A stretch of DNA of 59,037 nt from Polyangiales bacterium. GTDB lineage: Bacteria > Myxococcota_A > Polyangia > Polyangiales > Polyangiaceae. A program made the translations under genes and the position numbers. The notes beneath the pieces were generated by a model. That model ran no database searches and had not been told where the DNA came from. It was given only the letters and a program-made list of their open reading frames with translations. Positions 1 through 10,200 of the stretch are shown piece by piece (the first letter of the stretch is position 1; every line of letters begins with the position of its first letter). The DNA lies in the NCBI GenBank assembly GCA_038324055.1, contig JBBQHO010000001.1:1-59037 (forward strand), in the 5' to 3' direction.

Positions 1-1
1 C

Positions 2-664
2 GACGGGTCACTGGGCGCCTCCGTCGACACTGAAACCACCGGCGATGCCGCTCATTCGATCGTGCTGTCGCCGGACGGTCGCTTTGCTTTCGTCTGCAAC
101 AAAGACAGCAACAGCATTTCCCAGTTCCTCTTCGACGCCGCGACGGGCCAACTCACCGTCAACTCTCCAGCTTCGGTGACGCGGGCCGGAGGGCCTCGAC
201 ACTTGGCGTTTCACCCGAACGGCCAGTTCGCCTACGTGATCAACGAGCTCGCCGGCACGATCACGGCCTTCGCCTACGACGAGGACGCGGGCACCCTCAG
301 CGAGCTGGAAACCGAATCGGCCGTCGCGGTGGGTTTCGCGGGAGCTCTGTCCGCAGCCGACGTGCACGTGAGCGCTGACGGCAAGTCTCTCTACGGTTCC
401 AATCGTTCAGGCGACGACAGCACTTTGGCCGTGTTTTCGATCGAAACCGACGGCAGGCTGGCGCCCCAGCAAACGACGAGCACGCAGGGCAAAACGCCGC
501 GCAATTTCCAGCTCGCCCCTGCCGGCGACGTGCTGGTGGTGGCAAACCAGGACTCGAACCAGCTGGCCCAGTTTCGTATCGGCGCCGTCGGAGAACTCAC
601 CTTTTCGGCCACGACCGAGGCCGGTACAGCCCCCTACTGGATTGGCTTTCGCGTCTTCGACTGA
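2..664 (+). CDS. 7-bladed beta-propeller lactonase (6-phosphogluconolactonase-like), 5' partial
   Basis: The frame is open to the window edge, with no stop upstream of 62. Repeated blades of the type SPDGRFAFV.N / HPNGQFAYVINE / SADGKSLYGSN are typical of the Pgl/YbhE-like lactonase family. High GC3. Confidence 0.75.
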   Translation, partial: DGSLGASVDTETTGDAAHSIVLSPDGRFAFVCNKDSNSISQFLFDAATGQLTVNSPASVTRAGGPRHLAFHPNGQFAYVINELAGTITAFAYDEDAGTLSELETESAVAVGFAGALSAADVHVSADGKSLYGSNRSGDDSTLAVFSIETDGRLAPQQTTSTQGKTPRNFQLAPAGDVLVVANQDSNQLAQFRIGAVGELTFSATTEAGTAPYWIGFRVFD

Positions 665-683
665 TCAAGGGGCCGAGGTGCAC

Positions 684-974
684 TCATTTTGCGGGCGGCG
701 GCGACTTGTTGCCGGTTGTGCCGTCGCCTTTGAGCTTCTTCCCGACGTTGTCGAAGGCTTTGCCCGTGGCGTCGGCGGCCTTGCCAACTCCTTCCTTCGT
801 CTTCTCGGCGCCCTTCTTTACACCGTCGACCGTCTTGTCGGCGGCGGTGTCGACGCCCTTGCCCGCGCGCTCCATCGGCCCGGCTGCTTCTTTGTCTTTG
901 TGGCAGCCCGAGACGAGCCCGAGCACCAAACCGAGAGCAAGCGCCAAGCGGAGGGCGAACATTTGGGTCTTCAT
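684..974 (-). CDS. small secreted lipoprotein, Lys/Gly/Ala-rich (CsbD-like composition)
   Basis: Internal start MKTQMFALRLALALGLVLGLVSGC gives a signal peptide with an LVSGC lipobox. The longer ORF start at 1013 lacks signal-peptide logic. Confidence 0.6.
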   Translation of the reverse strand: MKTQMFALRLALALGLVLGLVSGCHKDKEAAGPMERAGKGVDTAADKTVDGVKKGAEKTKEGVGKAADATGKAFDNVGKKLKGDGTTGNKSPPPAK

Positions 975-1036
975 GAAGTCGACGATGCTAGCTCCCGCTT
1001 GGCGGTCGCGCACCGGTCGACTTACTGTCCGACGAG

Positions 1037-1534
1037 ATGACCACGATTGAGCACCCGCTGTTCGGACCGATGAATCTGGCAGCCGCCGGCAGTTGGGACG
1101 TCACGATCCCGTTCGACGGCCACGAGGTCGACGTCGACGTCACCCTCGACGAACCGAACCTGAGCGCCGCCCAATTGACCGAGCGCCTCGCTCTGCTGGA
1201 CAAGCTGTCGCTCCGCGACCGCGTGGCGCGCGTCGCCCTGTCCGAAGAAGCCAAAGCGGGCGACGAGACCGCGGCCGGTCTCTACTTCACGCACCACCGC
1301 GAGGAGTTGCCACCGGAAGCCTGGCGACAGGTCTTTGGAGCGGCAAGCCCCAAGACCATCGACGTCGACACATTCCTTGCTCAGCTCGAGCTGGTTCGCG
1401 TTGGGCTCTACCCCGGCGACGAGGACCGTTGCCTCTTGCTCGACTACATGTTGCGCGGCGAAGTGACGAACTACCTGTTGTCGGTCTCTTTCGACTCCGA
1501 CGGCCAACTCTCGGGCATCGACATGGAGAGTTGA
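1037..1534 (+). CDS. hypothetical cytoplasmic protein (possibly DUF2004-like, from memory only)
   Basis: 165 aa ORF with good GC3 bias and an acidic, non-repetitive sequence. No catalytic motif recognised. Confidence 0.6.
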   Translation: MTTIEHPLFGPMNLAAAGSWDVTIPFDGHEVDVDVTLDEPNLSAAQLTERLALLDKLSLRDRVARVALSEEAKAGDETAAGLYFTHHREELPPEAWRQVFGAASPKTIDVDTFLAQLELVRVGLYPGDEDRCLLLDYMLRGEVTNYLLSVSFDSDGQLSGIDMES

Positions 1535-1626
1535 ACGGCACCCTTGCGAGCTATTCGGTGACGAAAATGGCCGGCCGCCCGCGTGAATTGGACTATCGTC
1601 CGAGAACGATGATTCGAGAGAGCAAC

Positions 1627-2121
1627 ATGCCGCATGCCGGTCACGTGTTCACGCACATGGACTCGCCCGTCGGGCGCCTCACCTTGGCCGCGACCGCCGC
1701 GGGTTTGGCCGCCATCCTTTGGGAGAACGATCGCCCGAGTCGGGTTCCCGTACGACTTGCGGTCGAGGACGCCACTCAACCGATCTTGGCCTTGGCCGTG
1801 CGGCAATTGGACGAATACTTTTCGGGGGAGCGGCGCGACTTCTCGGTGCCGCTCGATGTTGCGGGGACCGCATTCCAGCGGAGCGTGTGGGTAGGCCTGC
1901 AAAGCATCCCCTTCGGTGAGACCCGCTCCTACGGACAGCTTGCGGCGCAGATCGGTCGGCCCACGGCGGTGCGCGCCGTCGGCGCCGCGAACGGGCGCAA
2001 TCCCATCTCGATCATGACGCCCTGCCATCGCGTGATCGGCGCCACGGGCAGCCTCACCGGCTTCGCCGGCGGCCTCGCGGTCAAGGCTCGTCTGCTCGCC
2101 CTCGAAGCCCTCGATGGCTGA
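1627..2121 (+). CDS. ogt: methylated-DNA--protein-cysteine methyltransferase
   Basis: Contains the active-site motif IMTPCHRVIG (PCHRV), the FQRSVW..L..IPFGETRSYGQLA DNA-binding region and GGL..K..LL. The start could be ATG 1609 or 1627. The upstream part of ORF 1093..2121 is an Arg-rich overlap with the previous gene. Confidence 0.9.
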   Translation: MPHAGHVFTHMDSPVGRLTLAATAAGLAAILWENDRPSRVPVRLAVEDATQPILALAVRQLDEYFSGERRDFSVPLDVAGTAFQRSVWVGLQSIPFGETRSYGQLAAQIGRPTAVRAVGAANGRNPISIMTPCHRVIGATGSLTGFAGGLAVKARLLALEALDG

Positions 2122-2154
2122 GCGCATTTGAGCGGGGCGGATCCTGGCTGCAGC

Positions 2155-2484
2155 TCAGCGACGCGCGCTCGCCTGCTGCTGTTGCTGCGCCTGCCGCTGC
2201 CGCTCCCGCTGCATCATGATCGTGGCCATGCCGGCTGAGGCGGATGCCGCGTTGTCGCCACTGTTTCCCACCTTGGAGTGGCGCACTTCGCAGACGCAGC
2301 CAATCGTGCCTGCCATGATGGCCACGGCGCTGAGTTCGAGCCCCACGGACTCACATTGGCTCTTACATTGATTGGCCGCGTCGGGCGGGATGTTCATGCT
2401 GCCTGCTCCGACTGCTGCGGTGCACGACCCGAGCAACAGAAGAGCTACGACCCCAAGGGCGAAAATGAATTGTACATGACGCAT
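2155..2484 (-). CDS. small lipoprotein with Gln-rich C-terminal tail
   Basis: Internal start MRHVQFIFALGVVALLLLGSC gives a signal peptide and an LLGSC lipobox. The C-terminus is QRERQRQAQQQQQ. Confidence 0.55.
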   Translation of the reverse strand: MRHVQFIFALGVVALLLLGSCTAAVGAGSMNIPPDAANQCKSQCESVGLELSAVAIMAGTIGCVCEVRHSKVGNSGDNAASASAGMATIMMQRERQRQAQQQQQASARR

Positions 2485-2539
2485 CGCGCGACAGTAGGCC
2501 CAGTCAGGGGCTCGAGCCAAGCGCCCGACGCAGCGAGCG

Positions 2540-2959
2540 TTACGGGCCGCGTGACGGCCAGAGCGCGTGGAGCGCCGACTCCACCGTCGGGAAGCCGTAG
2601 CCCGCAACTTCGATGAGAGATCCCGGCGCCGCATTCATGCGCATGATGAGCGAGCGACGCAGGCATTCGTAGGCGGTCGCGCCGGTCGCGAAAGGGCCAG
2701 ACGTCCAGATGAACGACGCATCCTTGGAGTGCAACCTGTGGCGCACGAGCTGCACGTGCACGTAGATGCCGTCGAGCCGCCGCTCGATTTTCGGGACGAT
2801 AGACAGCGCCGCTCGATCTTCGACATCAATCTGGTGGACGCCAGATGCGTGCCTCGAATTCGTGGCAACTGGGGTCGCCGCGACGCGCTTGCTCCATGGC
2901 GCGTCGACACGCGGCGTGGGGACCTGTGAATCGGGCTCGCTTCGTAAATCGGGTCGCAT
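2540..2959 (-). CDS. hypothetical protein
   Basis: 139 aa ORF. GC3 bias, checked by hand across 2700-2800, supports this frame over the overlapping ORFs. No motif recognised. Confidence 0.5.
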   Translation of the reverse strand: MRPDLRSEPDSQVPTPRVDAPWSKRVAATPVATNSRHASGVHQIDVEDRAALSIVPKIERRLDGIYVHVQLVRHRLHSKDASFIWTSGPFATGATAYECLRRSLIMRMNAAPGSLIEVAGYGFPTVESALHALWPSRGP

Positions 2960-3109
2960 GCCAAGAGAGCTGCACTTGCCGTGCCAGCAGCTGGACGTCG
3001 CAATGCTTCGGCCTTACCTGCTGTGCCAGGCTACACAAGGCGTGCGGGAGCGGACGTCGAGCCATTTCGCCACGGCGCCCGAATCCATAAGCTTCGCTGT
3101 CCCGGGTCC

Positions 3110-3763
3110 TCAGAGCTGGTCAGCGAGCGCCGACTTCGGATTGACCAACACCTGATAGGTCCGATGCTCCGAAAGGACACCTGCGTCCTGGCCATGCGCG
3201 TGGGGGGTGGGCCGTCGACTCAGCTGGTAACCAGGAAGACAGCACGCCAAAGTGAAGGCCGCGTCCCAGCGCAAGCCTTCCAGCACCTCGTCGACGTGCA
3301 CGTGGGCGTGAACGAAAGTCACGAACACGGGCCTGGCATCGAGCGCATTCAAGCGCTCGGCTTCATCCGCGATGCGCGCCTTGCGCCAAGCAAAGCGCTG
3401 GATACCGAACTCGTCGCGCCAAGCCCGAACGAGAGCTTCGTTGATCAGCGGATCAACGCTGATGTTTTCGGCTTCGGTCTTGACGGCGAACAGGGCTCCG
3501 GTGCGCGCGTGCGCGCCGTCGCCCACATGGATGACACGGCTTGGGCCAACCAGATTCATGAGCGGTCGAAGATGCTCGAGCGCCGAGAAGCTCTCGGTCA
3601 TCTCCTTGGCCGGTTTGGTCGCCTTGGCAAAAAGCGGCCACAGAGCAGCGAACGACTGCCTGCGCATCAGACGATCGAGATAATCACCGTCAATTGCGGC
3701 AGCCACGGCCCGGTATAGGCCCGAGGCCAAGTCGTGGCCAACGGGCGGGCGAGTGAGCGACAC
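3110..3763 (-). CDS. hypothetical protein (possible Rossmann/methyltransferase-like, weak)
   Basis: 217 aa ORF. VIHVGDGAH followed by ISVDP loosely resembles SAM-methyltransferase motifs I/II. Divergent from the peptidase gene at 3847. Confidence 0.5.
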   Translation of the reverse strand: MSLTRPPVGHDLASGLYRAVAAAIDGDYLDRLMRRQSFAALWPLFAKATKPAKEMTESFSALEHLRPLMNLVGPSRVIHVGDGAHARTGALFAVKTEAENISVDPLINEALVRAWRDEFGIQRFAWRKARIADEAERLNALDARPVFVTFVHAHVHVDEVLEGLRWDAAFTLACCLPGYQLSRRPTPHAHGQDAGVLSEHRTYQVLVNPKSALADQL

Positions 3764-3846
3764 AACCGGCGGCCCCTGGGGCGCTTCTGCGGAACGCCGG
3801 AGCGTGATTGACCCGGGATCCGAAGTTCGAGTAGCTCTGCAGTCGT

Positions 3847-4638
3847 ATGAAGAGCCTCCGACAGGGCAGTAAGGGAGCAGAGGTCAAGGCTTGGCAGTAC
3901 TTCCTGCGCGGCCAGGGGCTCTACCTGGGTGAAGTCGATGGCGCCTTTGGGCCTGCGAGCGCCCGGGCCAGTAGCGAATTCCAGAGAACTCAGGGTCTGA
4001 CGCCCGACGGCATCGTGGGCCTCATCACGCTCGGGCGCGCCATGCAGCTGGGCTTCGATCCACTCGAACGCGACACAAAGGATTTGCGCGAGGAAGGGCC
4101 CAACTTTCCGGCGCCGCTTGCTGGACTCAAGCCCGCGTCTTTCGCTCAACGCATCAAGCTCTTTGGCCAGTTCGAGTACGAACCCGCGCCCACGCCAGGC
4201 AATCGCGAGGGCATCAAGATTCTAGGCTCGTGGCAGAAGGAAAATATCGTCAGCGTCATGGTGCCCGAGCTGCGTGGCGTCGAAGGCGCTGGCAGCATGG
4301 GCAAAGTGCTCTTTCACAGTCGGGGTGCAGACCAGCTCCTGTCTCTGTTCGCCGCTTGGGCCGACGCGGGCCTCTTGCCGCTGCTGAAAACCTGGGCCGG
4401 TAGCTTTGCGCCGCGCTTCATTCGCGGCAGCACCGTGGCGCTTTCGAATCACGCTTGGGGCACGGCCTTCGACGTCAACGTGGCGTGGAACCCCTTGGGC
4501 GCACAGCCTGCCTTGCTGAACAGAATTGGTTCGGTACGCGCGCTCGTGCCCCTGGCCAACGCGCACGGCTTTTATTGGGGCGGTCATTTCCAGACGCGCC
4601 CGGATGGCATGCACTTCGAGCTGTCACGTTTGCTCTGA
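3847..4638 (+). CDS. peptidoglycan-binding domain + M15 (VanY/endolysin-type) zinc peptidase
   Basis: The N-terminus G.KG..V...Q..L...G.Y.G..DG.FGP.....EFQ...GL..DGIVG matches PG_binding_1. The C-terminus has SNHAWGTAFD (H-x6-D) and DGMHFE, the zinc ligands of the M15 family. No signal peptide. Confidence 0.85.
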   Translation: MKSLRQGSKGAEVKAWQYFLRGQGLYLGEVDGAFGPASARASSEFQRTQGLTPDGIVGLITLGRAMQLGFDPLERDTKDLREEGPNFPAPLAGLKPASFAQRIKLFGQFEYEPAPTPGNREGIKILGSWQKENIVSVMVPELRGVEGAGSMGKVLFHSRGADQLLSLFAAWADAGLLPLLKTWAGSFAPRFIRGSTVALSNHAWGTAFDVNVAWNPLGAQPALLNRIGSVRALVPLANAHGFYWGGHFQTRPDGMHFELSRLL

Positions 4639-4645
4639 CGGCGAA

Positions 4646-5209
4646 TCAACAGCCGCCGCAGGCAAAGCTGGTCGGGCCGCACTGCTCACCCGGCGTCGTC
4701 TTGTCGGTGGCAACATCCAGACAGTCGAGTTTGCACGAGCCGCTCTGGGGACACTCCACGCGACAGTCGCCCGTGCAGACGGCCTTGCAACTTCCGACCG
4801 ACTCGCAGCGGATTTCGCTGGAATTGCCGGCAAGCACGGTGCAATCGCTCACCGAGCGGCACTCGTATTTGCAGTTGTCGCCGCACTCTGTGTCGCAGCC
4901 GCTCGCAGACGTGCATGTCTGCGAGCAGTCGTCGCCGCATGTCGTCTTGCATTGTTCGCCCCCTCGACACTCCGCGTCGCATTGGGCAGCGCCACAATCA
5001 ATCGTGCAGTCTTTGAACGCTGAGTCACAGGTCGGCTTGCAAGTGCCCAAAAGCTCGCAATTGATCGTGCAGCTATCGACTCCAGGACCGCACGTACACT
5101 CTTTGCCCGCTTCGCAGCACGGGTCTTCCGGCGTGCAACGCTTGCCGCAGCCGCTCACCACGCTCGAAGCAACAATCAAAAGAAAAGCGAAGAACCAAGG
5201 CTTGAACAT
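4646..5209 (-). CDS. extremely cysteine-rich lipoprotein (33 Cys in 187 aa, periodic C-x3-C pairs)
   Basis: MFKPWFFAFLLIVASSVVSGC gives a signal peptide and lipobox. At least 11 C-x3-C units follow: CTINC, CKPTC, CTIDC, CDAEC, CKTTC, CSQTC, CDTEC, CKYEC, CKAVC, CRVEC, CKLDC. Confidence 0.75.
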   Translation of the reverse strand: MFKPWFFAFLLIVASSVVSGCGKRCTPEDPCCEAGKECTCGPGVDSCTINCELLGTCKPTCDSAFKDCTIDCGAAQCDAECRGGEQCKTTCGDDCSQTCTSASGCDTECGDNCKYECRSVSDCTVLAGNSSEIRCESVGSCKAVCTGDCRVECPQSGSCKLDCLDVATDKTTPGEQCGPTSFACGGC

Positions 5210-5331
5210 TGTTGGCTGATGCTACGCGCTTTCGCTGAGCTGCGGCCACTGGCTGACCGATTGCTCAACGCACGGCTTCAGAAAGCTCACCCGTCGCGTC
5301 GACTAGCACCGAAGGGGGCACGGTCGCGTCC

Positions 5332-7221
5332 TCAGGCGTCGGGCTCGCCGTCGATCACGATCCGGAGCTTGCGAGCCAGCTGGTCGACCGTGAAGGGCTT
5401 CTGGAGGAAATGGACGCCGTCATCGAGTACGCCGCGGTGAGCGATCACATCCGCCGTGTAGCCCGACAAGAACAGGCATTTGAGCTGAGGTCGATCGGTT
5501 TGCAGAATCTTGCAGACTTCTCGTCCCGACATCTGCGGCATGATCACGTCCGTCACCAGCACGTCGATGACGCCGGCGTTCGCCGACAACGCCAGCGCGG
5601 TCTGCGCCGTTCCAGCGGCCAAAACGGTGTAGCCCAGACGCTCGAGCAGCTTCTGTCCCAGACGGAGAAGCGCCTCTTCGTCTTCGACCAGCAAGATGGT
5701 TTCCGTGCCGCGCGGCGGCGTTTGGGTCATGTCGGAGCGGCTCGCCCGCCTGAGTCGCTCGGTACTCTGCGGAAGGTAGATTTTGAAAGTCGTTCCTTGT
5801 CCCAGTTCGCTGTAGACCGTGATGAAGCCCCTATTTTGCTTGACGATACCATAGACGGTCGCCAGGCCGAGCCCTGTGCCGTGACCCACGGCCTTGGTGG
5901 TGAAGAACGGTTCGAAGACGCGCGAAATCGTGTCCTTGTCCATGCCTGCGCCGTTGTCGGTGACGGCGAGCAGCACGAACGGGCCAGCTTCGGCGCCGGG
6001 GTGAGCGCTGACGAAATCCTGATCGAGAACAACGCTGCGGGTCTCGAGAATCAGGGTTCCGACGGAGGCGATTGCGTCACGCGCATTGACTGCCAAATTG
6101 GCCAAAATTTGATCAATCTGCGAAGGGTCGACCTTGACGCGTCCCGCACCGGCTGTCGGCCTCCAAATCAGCTCGACATCTTCGCCGATCAGTCGCCGCA
6201 GCATCTTGAGCATGTTGGTGATGGTGTCGTTCAGGTCGACCACCAGTGGAGCAATCGTCTGCTGGCGAGCGAACGCCAACAGCTGATTGGTCAGGTCCGA
6301 CGAACGCTTGCCGGCCTCGATGATTTGCTCGACGTCCACGCGATGCGCGTCGTCGACCGCCATACCCTGGAGGGTCAGGGCAGCGTTGCCCAGGATGACG
6401 CTCAGCATGTTGTTGAAGTCATGAGCGACGCCACCAGCCAGTCGACCGACGGCATCCATTTTCTGCGCCTGGCGGAGTTGAGCCTCGAGCTTGCGCTCGT
6501 TCTCGTCCTTGACTGACAGCGCGCGATTGGCTTCGAGCAAATTCTGCCGGTCGCTCTCGAGCGTGCGTTGGGCCGCGACCGCGCGTTCGAGGGCCGCTTC
6601 GAGCGAGCGGATGACCGAGCCCAAAGCCAGCGTCAAGAGGACGTTCACCAGAAAAAAGTTGAGCGTGACTACGACCCAACTCGCGAAGCCTCGCAAACCA
6701 TGCGGTTCCACCATCTCCGGCGAAGCGAAGCCGAAATAGCCGACCCCCAACATGGTGACGAAGTTGAGTGCGACGGTCCAAAGCCCGACGCGCAGCCCCA
6801 AAAGCAACGTGGCCAAGAGCGAGAAGGCCAAGAGGTAGATTTGGCTGATCGACCCCACGGAGACCATCAGCCAGGCGCCGAGCGCGTACGTAACCCAGGC
6901 AAGTACAGCCGCCCGCAGGCGGAACGCACCGCGCCGGTCGAAGGACAGATAGATGATCAGCCCGATGGCGATCGTGTCGACGACGATCACGCCTCGAAGG
7001 CGGTAGTGATAGGCGGCGTAAACGCTGGGGATGTAGACCAGACCGCCCAGCACCAGGACGACCCGCAGGATCAGTTCGAGCAGGGAGCTGCGCCAGTGCC
7101 CGGGATCGACGACGCCCCGCGCATCAGTCTCTCCTGCCTTCTTGTCCTTCATTGCCCCGCCACCCGACCTCACCGCCATCCCCCATGGCAGGACGGTGTG
7201 CACGGCGGGGGAGCGTAACAC
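5332..7221 (-). CDS. hybrid sensor histidine kinase / response regulator (multi-TM sensor, HisKA, HATPase_c, C-terminal receiver)
   Basis: Several N-terminal TM helices, an H-box GGVAHDFNNML, G-boxes DNGAGM and GTGLGLATVYG, and a receiver ILLVEDEE...VTDVIMPQMSG...K. The start may instead be MKDKK at 7152. Confidence 0.9.
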   Translation of the reverse strand: MLRSPAVHTVLPWGMAVRSGGGAMKDKKAGETDARGVVDPGHWRSSLLELILRVVLVLGGLVYIPSVYAAYHYRLRGVIVVDTIAIGLIIYLSFDRRGAFRLRAAVLAWVTYALGAWLMVSVGSISQIYLLAFSLLATLLLGLRVGLWTVALNFVTMLGVGYFGFASPEMVEPHGLRGFASWVVVTLNFFLVNVLLTLALGSVIRSLEAALERAVAAQRTLESDRQNLLEANRALSVKDENERKLEAQLRQAQKMDAVGRLAGGVAHDFNNMLSVILGNAALTLQGMAVDDAHRVDVEQIIEAGKRSSDLTNQLLAFARQQTIAPLVVDLNDTITNMLKMLRRLIGEDVELIWRPTAGAGRVKVDPSQIDQILANLAVNARDAIASVGTLILETRSVVLDQDFVSAHPGAEAGPFVLLAVTDNGAGMDKDTISRVFEPFFTTKAVGHGTGLGLATVYGIVKQNRGFITVYSELGQGTTFKIYLPQSTERLRRASRSDMTQTPPRGTETILLVEDEEALLRLGQKLLERLGYTVLAAGTAQTALALSANAGVIDVLVTDVIMPQMSGREVCKILQTDRPQLKCLFLSGYTADVIAHRGVLDDGVHFLQKPFTVDQLARKLRIVIDGEPDA

Positions 7222-7252
7222 GGCTCTTGGCCGTTCGCTTCAGGCAGGTTCC

Positions 7253-10200
7253 TTACTCGGCGGCGACGCGTTCGTGGAGATCGTCGCCAGCCAAGAGAGC
7301 TGTTAGTTCGGCCTCACCCCGATCGACGACCTTCTTCTTGCTGCGGCGCGCGAACCAATCCCCCATGTCATCGACCAGGCTGTGGATGACTGGCACGGCC
7401 AAGAGAGTGAGCAACAAGGAAAGCGTCTGACCGCCGACGACGATGCTGGCCGTTGCCTTGTTGAAGCCGGAACCGATGCCGCTCGACAACAAGAGCGGCG
7501 CCATGCCGGCTACGAAGGCGATGGTCGTCATCAAAATCGGCCGAAGGCGATCGCGGTTGGCGTCCATCAACGATTCGAATCGTCCAAGTCCCATGCGTCG
7601 CAGGTGGATCGTATGATCGACCTGGAGAATGCCATTCTTCTTCACCACACCAAACAAGACCAAGAGACCCAGCATCGAGAACATGTTGATGCTTTGTCCA
7701 AAAATCTTGAGACTGATGAAGGCGAAGGGCACCGTCAACGGTAGCGAAGCCAAGATGATTCCGGGATAGAGCCACGACTCGAACTGGGCCGCCAAGATCA
7801 GGTACATGAAGATGAAGGCCATGCCCAAAGCGAGTGCGAAGCCCGCCGCCAACTGCGACTGCGACTTGGACGAGCCCGTGGGCTGCAAGCGAAAACCGGG
7901 TGGTGGCTTGAGTTCTTCGAACTTCTGCTTGATCAAGTTGCTGACGTCAGTGTCGCCAAACCCCGGGGCCGGGTTGGCCAAAACAGTGATCTGCCTCTCG
8001 CGGCTGTAGCGATTGATGCGCGATGGGCCGATGCCGTCACCCCACTTGACCACCGAACTCAACGGGATGCTGCCGTATTTGCTCGAAGGCACGCTCATCA
8101 GCCCGAGAGAGGAAGGATCGGCGCGGAACTTCTCCTCGGCCCGAATCCGAATTTCGTACTCTTCGCCGCGCTCCGGGAAGGTCGAAGCCTTCACGCCGGC
8201 GACCAACATCTGCAGGGTCGAGGCGACGTTTTGAACGCTGACGCCCAAATCGGCCGCCCGATCGCGATCGATCGTGACCCGCACCTCCGGTCGACCGGGG
8301 ATGTTGGTGGTGTCCACGTCGGACGCCTTGCCGCTTTTGCGCAACGTGTCGGCAATCGCCGCCGCGTTCTTTTCCAGCACTTTGAAATCCGAACCGGAAA
8401 GGATGTACTGCACGCGCTGCGTGTTGCTCCCTACCGCAAAGTCCGGAACTTCGGCGATGTTGATGCGCAGGTTCTTGGGCATCTCGGCCAGGACCAGCGT
8501 GCGCGACTTGGCCATCAGCTCGACCTGCGATAGCTTGCGCGCGCCCGGGTCCTTCAAGTCGATGTAGATTTGGGCATAATTGCGCGTCTTTTGGTCGTCT
8601 TCGCCGACCGTGATGAGCGTGTGCGTCACCTCCGGTAGGCGGTTGACGATGCCGGCTGCGCGCTGAGCGAACAGCAGCGTTTCCTCGGCGCTCGTGCCTT
8701 CGGGCGCACGCATCGTCACCTGAAATTTGGCCTTGTCGTCAAGCGGCAGGAACGAACCCGGAAGCGATTTGGCAACGGGGACGCACGAACCCATGACGCC
8801 CACGCACAACAGCACGATCACCCAGCGCTTCTGCAGCGAGAAGCGCAACGCGCTCATGTACACATGTTCAATCGGCTTGTAGAAGCGATCGACCAGGCGC
8901 GTGAGGAAGTTGGGTTCGGTATGACCGGTCAGCATGCGCGCCGACATCATGGGAGTGAGCGTGAAGCTGACGATCAGCGATACGCCGACCGAAAAGGCCA
9001 TTGTGTAGCCAAAGCTGGCCAAGAAACGGCCGGGGATGCCACCCACGAAGGCCACCGGAATGAACACTGCCATCAGCGAGAGCGAGGTGGCCAGAACGGC
9101 CAGACCGATCTCTTGGGTTGCCAGCACGGCAGCAGGAAACGGCTTCATCTTCTTCTCGTCGATGAAGCGAATGATGTTTTCGAGCACGACGATGGCGTCG
9201 TCGATCACGATGCCGACAGCCAGGGCCAAGGCAAGTAGGGTGATGTTGTTGAGGGTGTAGCCCTGGAGCCACATGATGCCGAACGTACCGATGACGGAAA
9301 TCGGGATCGAAACGGCAGCGATGATGGTGCTCTTGGCATTGCCGAGGAACAGCAGCACCACGGCAGCCGCCAATAGCGCTCCCACGATCAAGTGCTCGGT
9401 AACGGCGTGTACGCTGGTGCGGATGGACTGTGAGTTGTCGCGAACGACGTCCAGCTGCACGCCCTTTGGAAGGCCGGCTTGCACCTCTTTGATGCGCTTG
9501 AAGATATTGTCGACCACCTCGATGGTGTTGGTGCCCGACTGCTTGACGATCGAGAGAACGACCGCTTCTTTGCCATCGTAGCGAGCCAAGCTCTCGACCG
9601 CCTCTTCGCCGTCCACCACGGTGGCGACGTCGGCGAGCCGCAGGATGCGGCCATTGTTCGAGCGCACGACCAAACGACCGACCGAGTCGATTGTGGTCAC
9701 GCGTCCGTCGATGCGCAGGGTCACGCTTTGCGGCCCGGTCGCCAGGTTGCCCCCAGGCGTCATCAGATTTTGCGTCGCCCACGTGTTCATGACGTCAACA
9801 GCCGTGATGCCGGACGCCTGCAACTTGACAGGGTCCATCAGCACGTGGATCTGCCGCTCGCGGCCGCCAATGATCGTCACCTTGCCGACGCCCAAGATGG
9901 TCTCGAGCTGGCGACGGACCTTCTTGTCCGCGATTTCCGAGACTTCGCGTAGACCCAAGCCGGTGCTGCGCAGGCCCAGATAGACGACCGGCGAAGCGCT
10001 CGGCTCGACCTTGCTGATCACCGGCTGCTCGATGCCGATCGGTAGCTCGCGCATCACGGTGTTGATCTTGTCGCGCACTTCTTGCGCGGCGACATTCGTG
10101 TCCTTGTCGAGCTTGAAGCTGATGATGACCTGCGAAACTCCTTCGCTGGAAACAGAGTTCAGGTCGTCGATGCCGGAAATCTGATTGACTGCGCCTTCGA

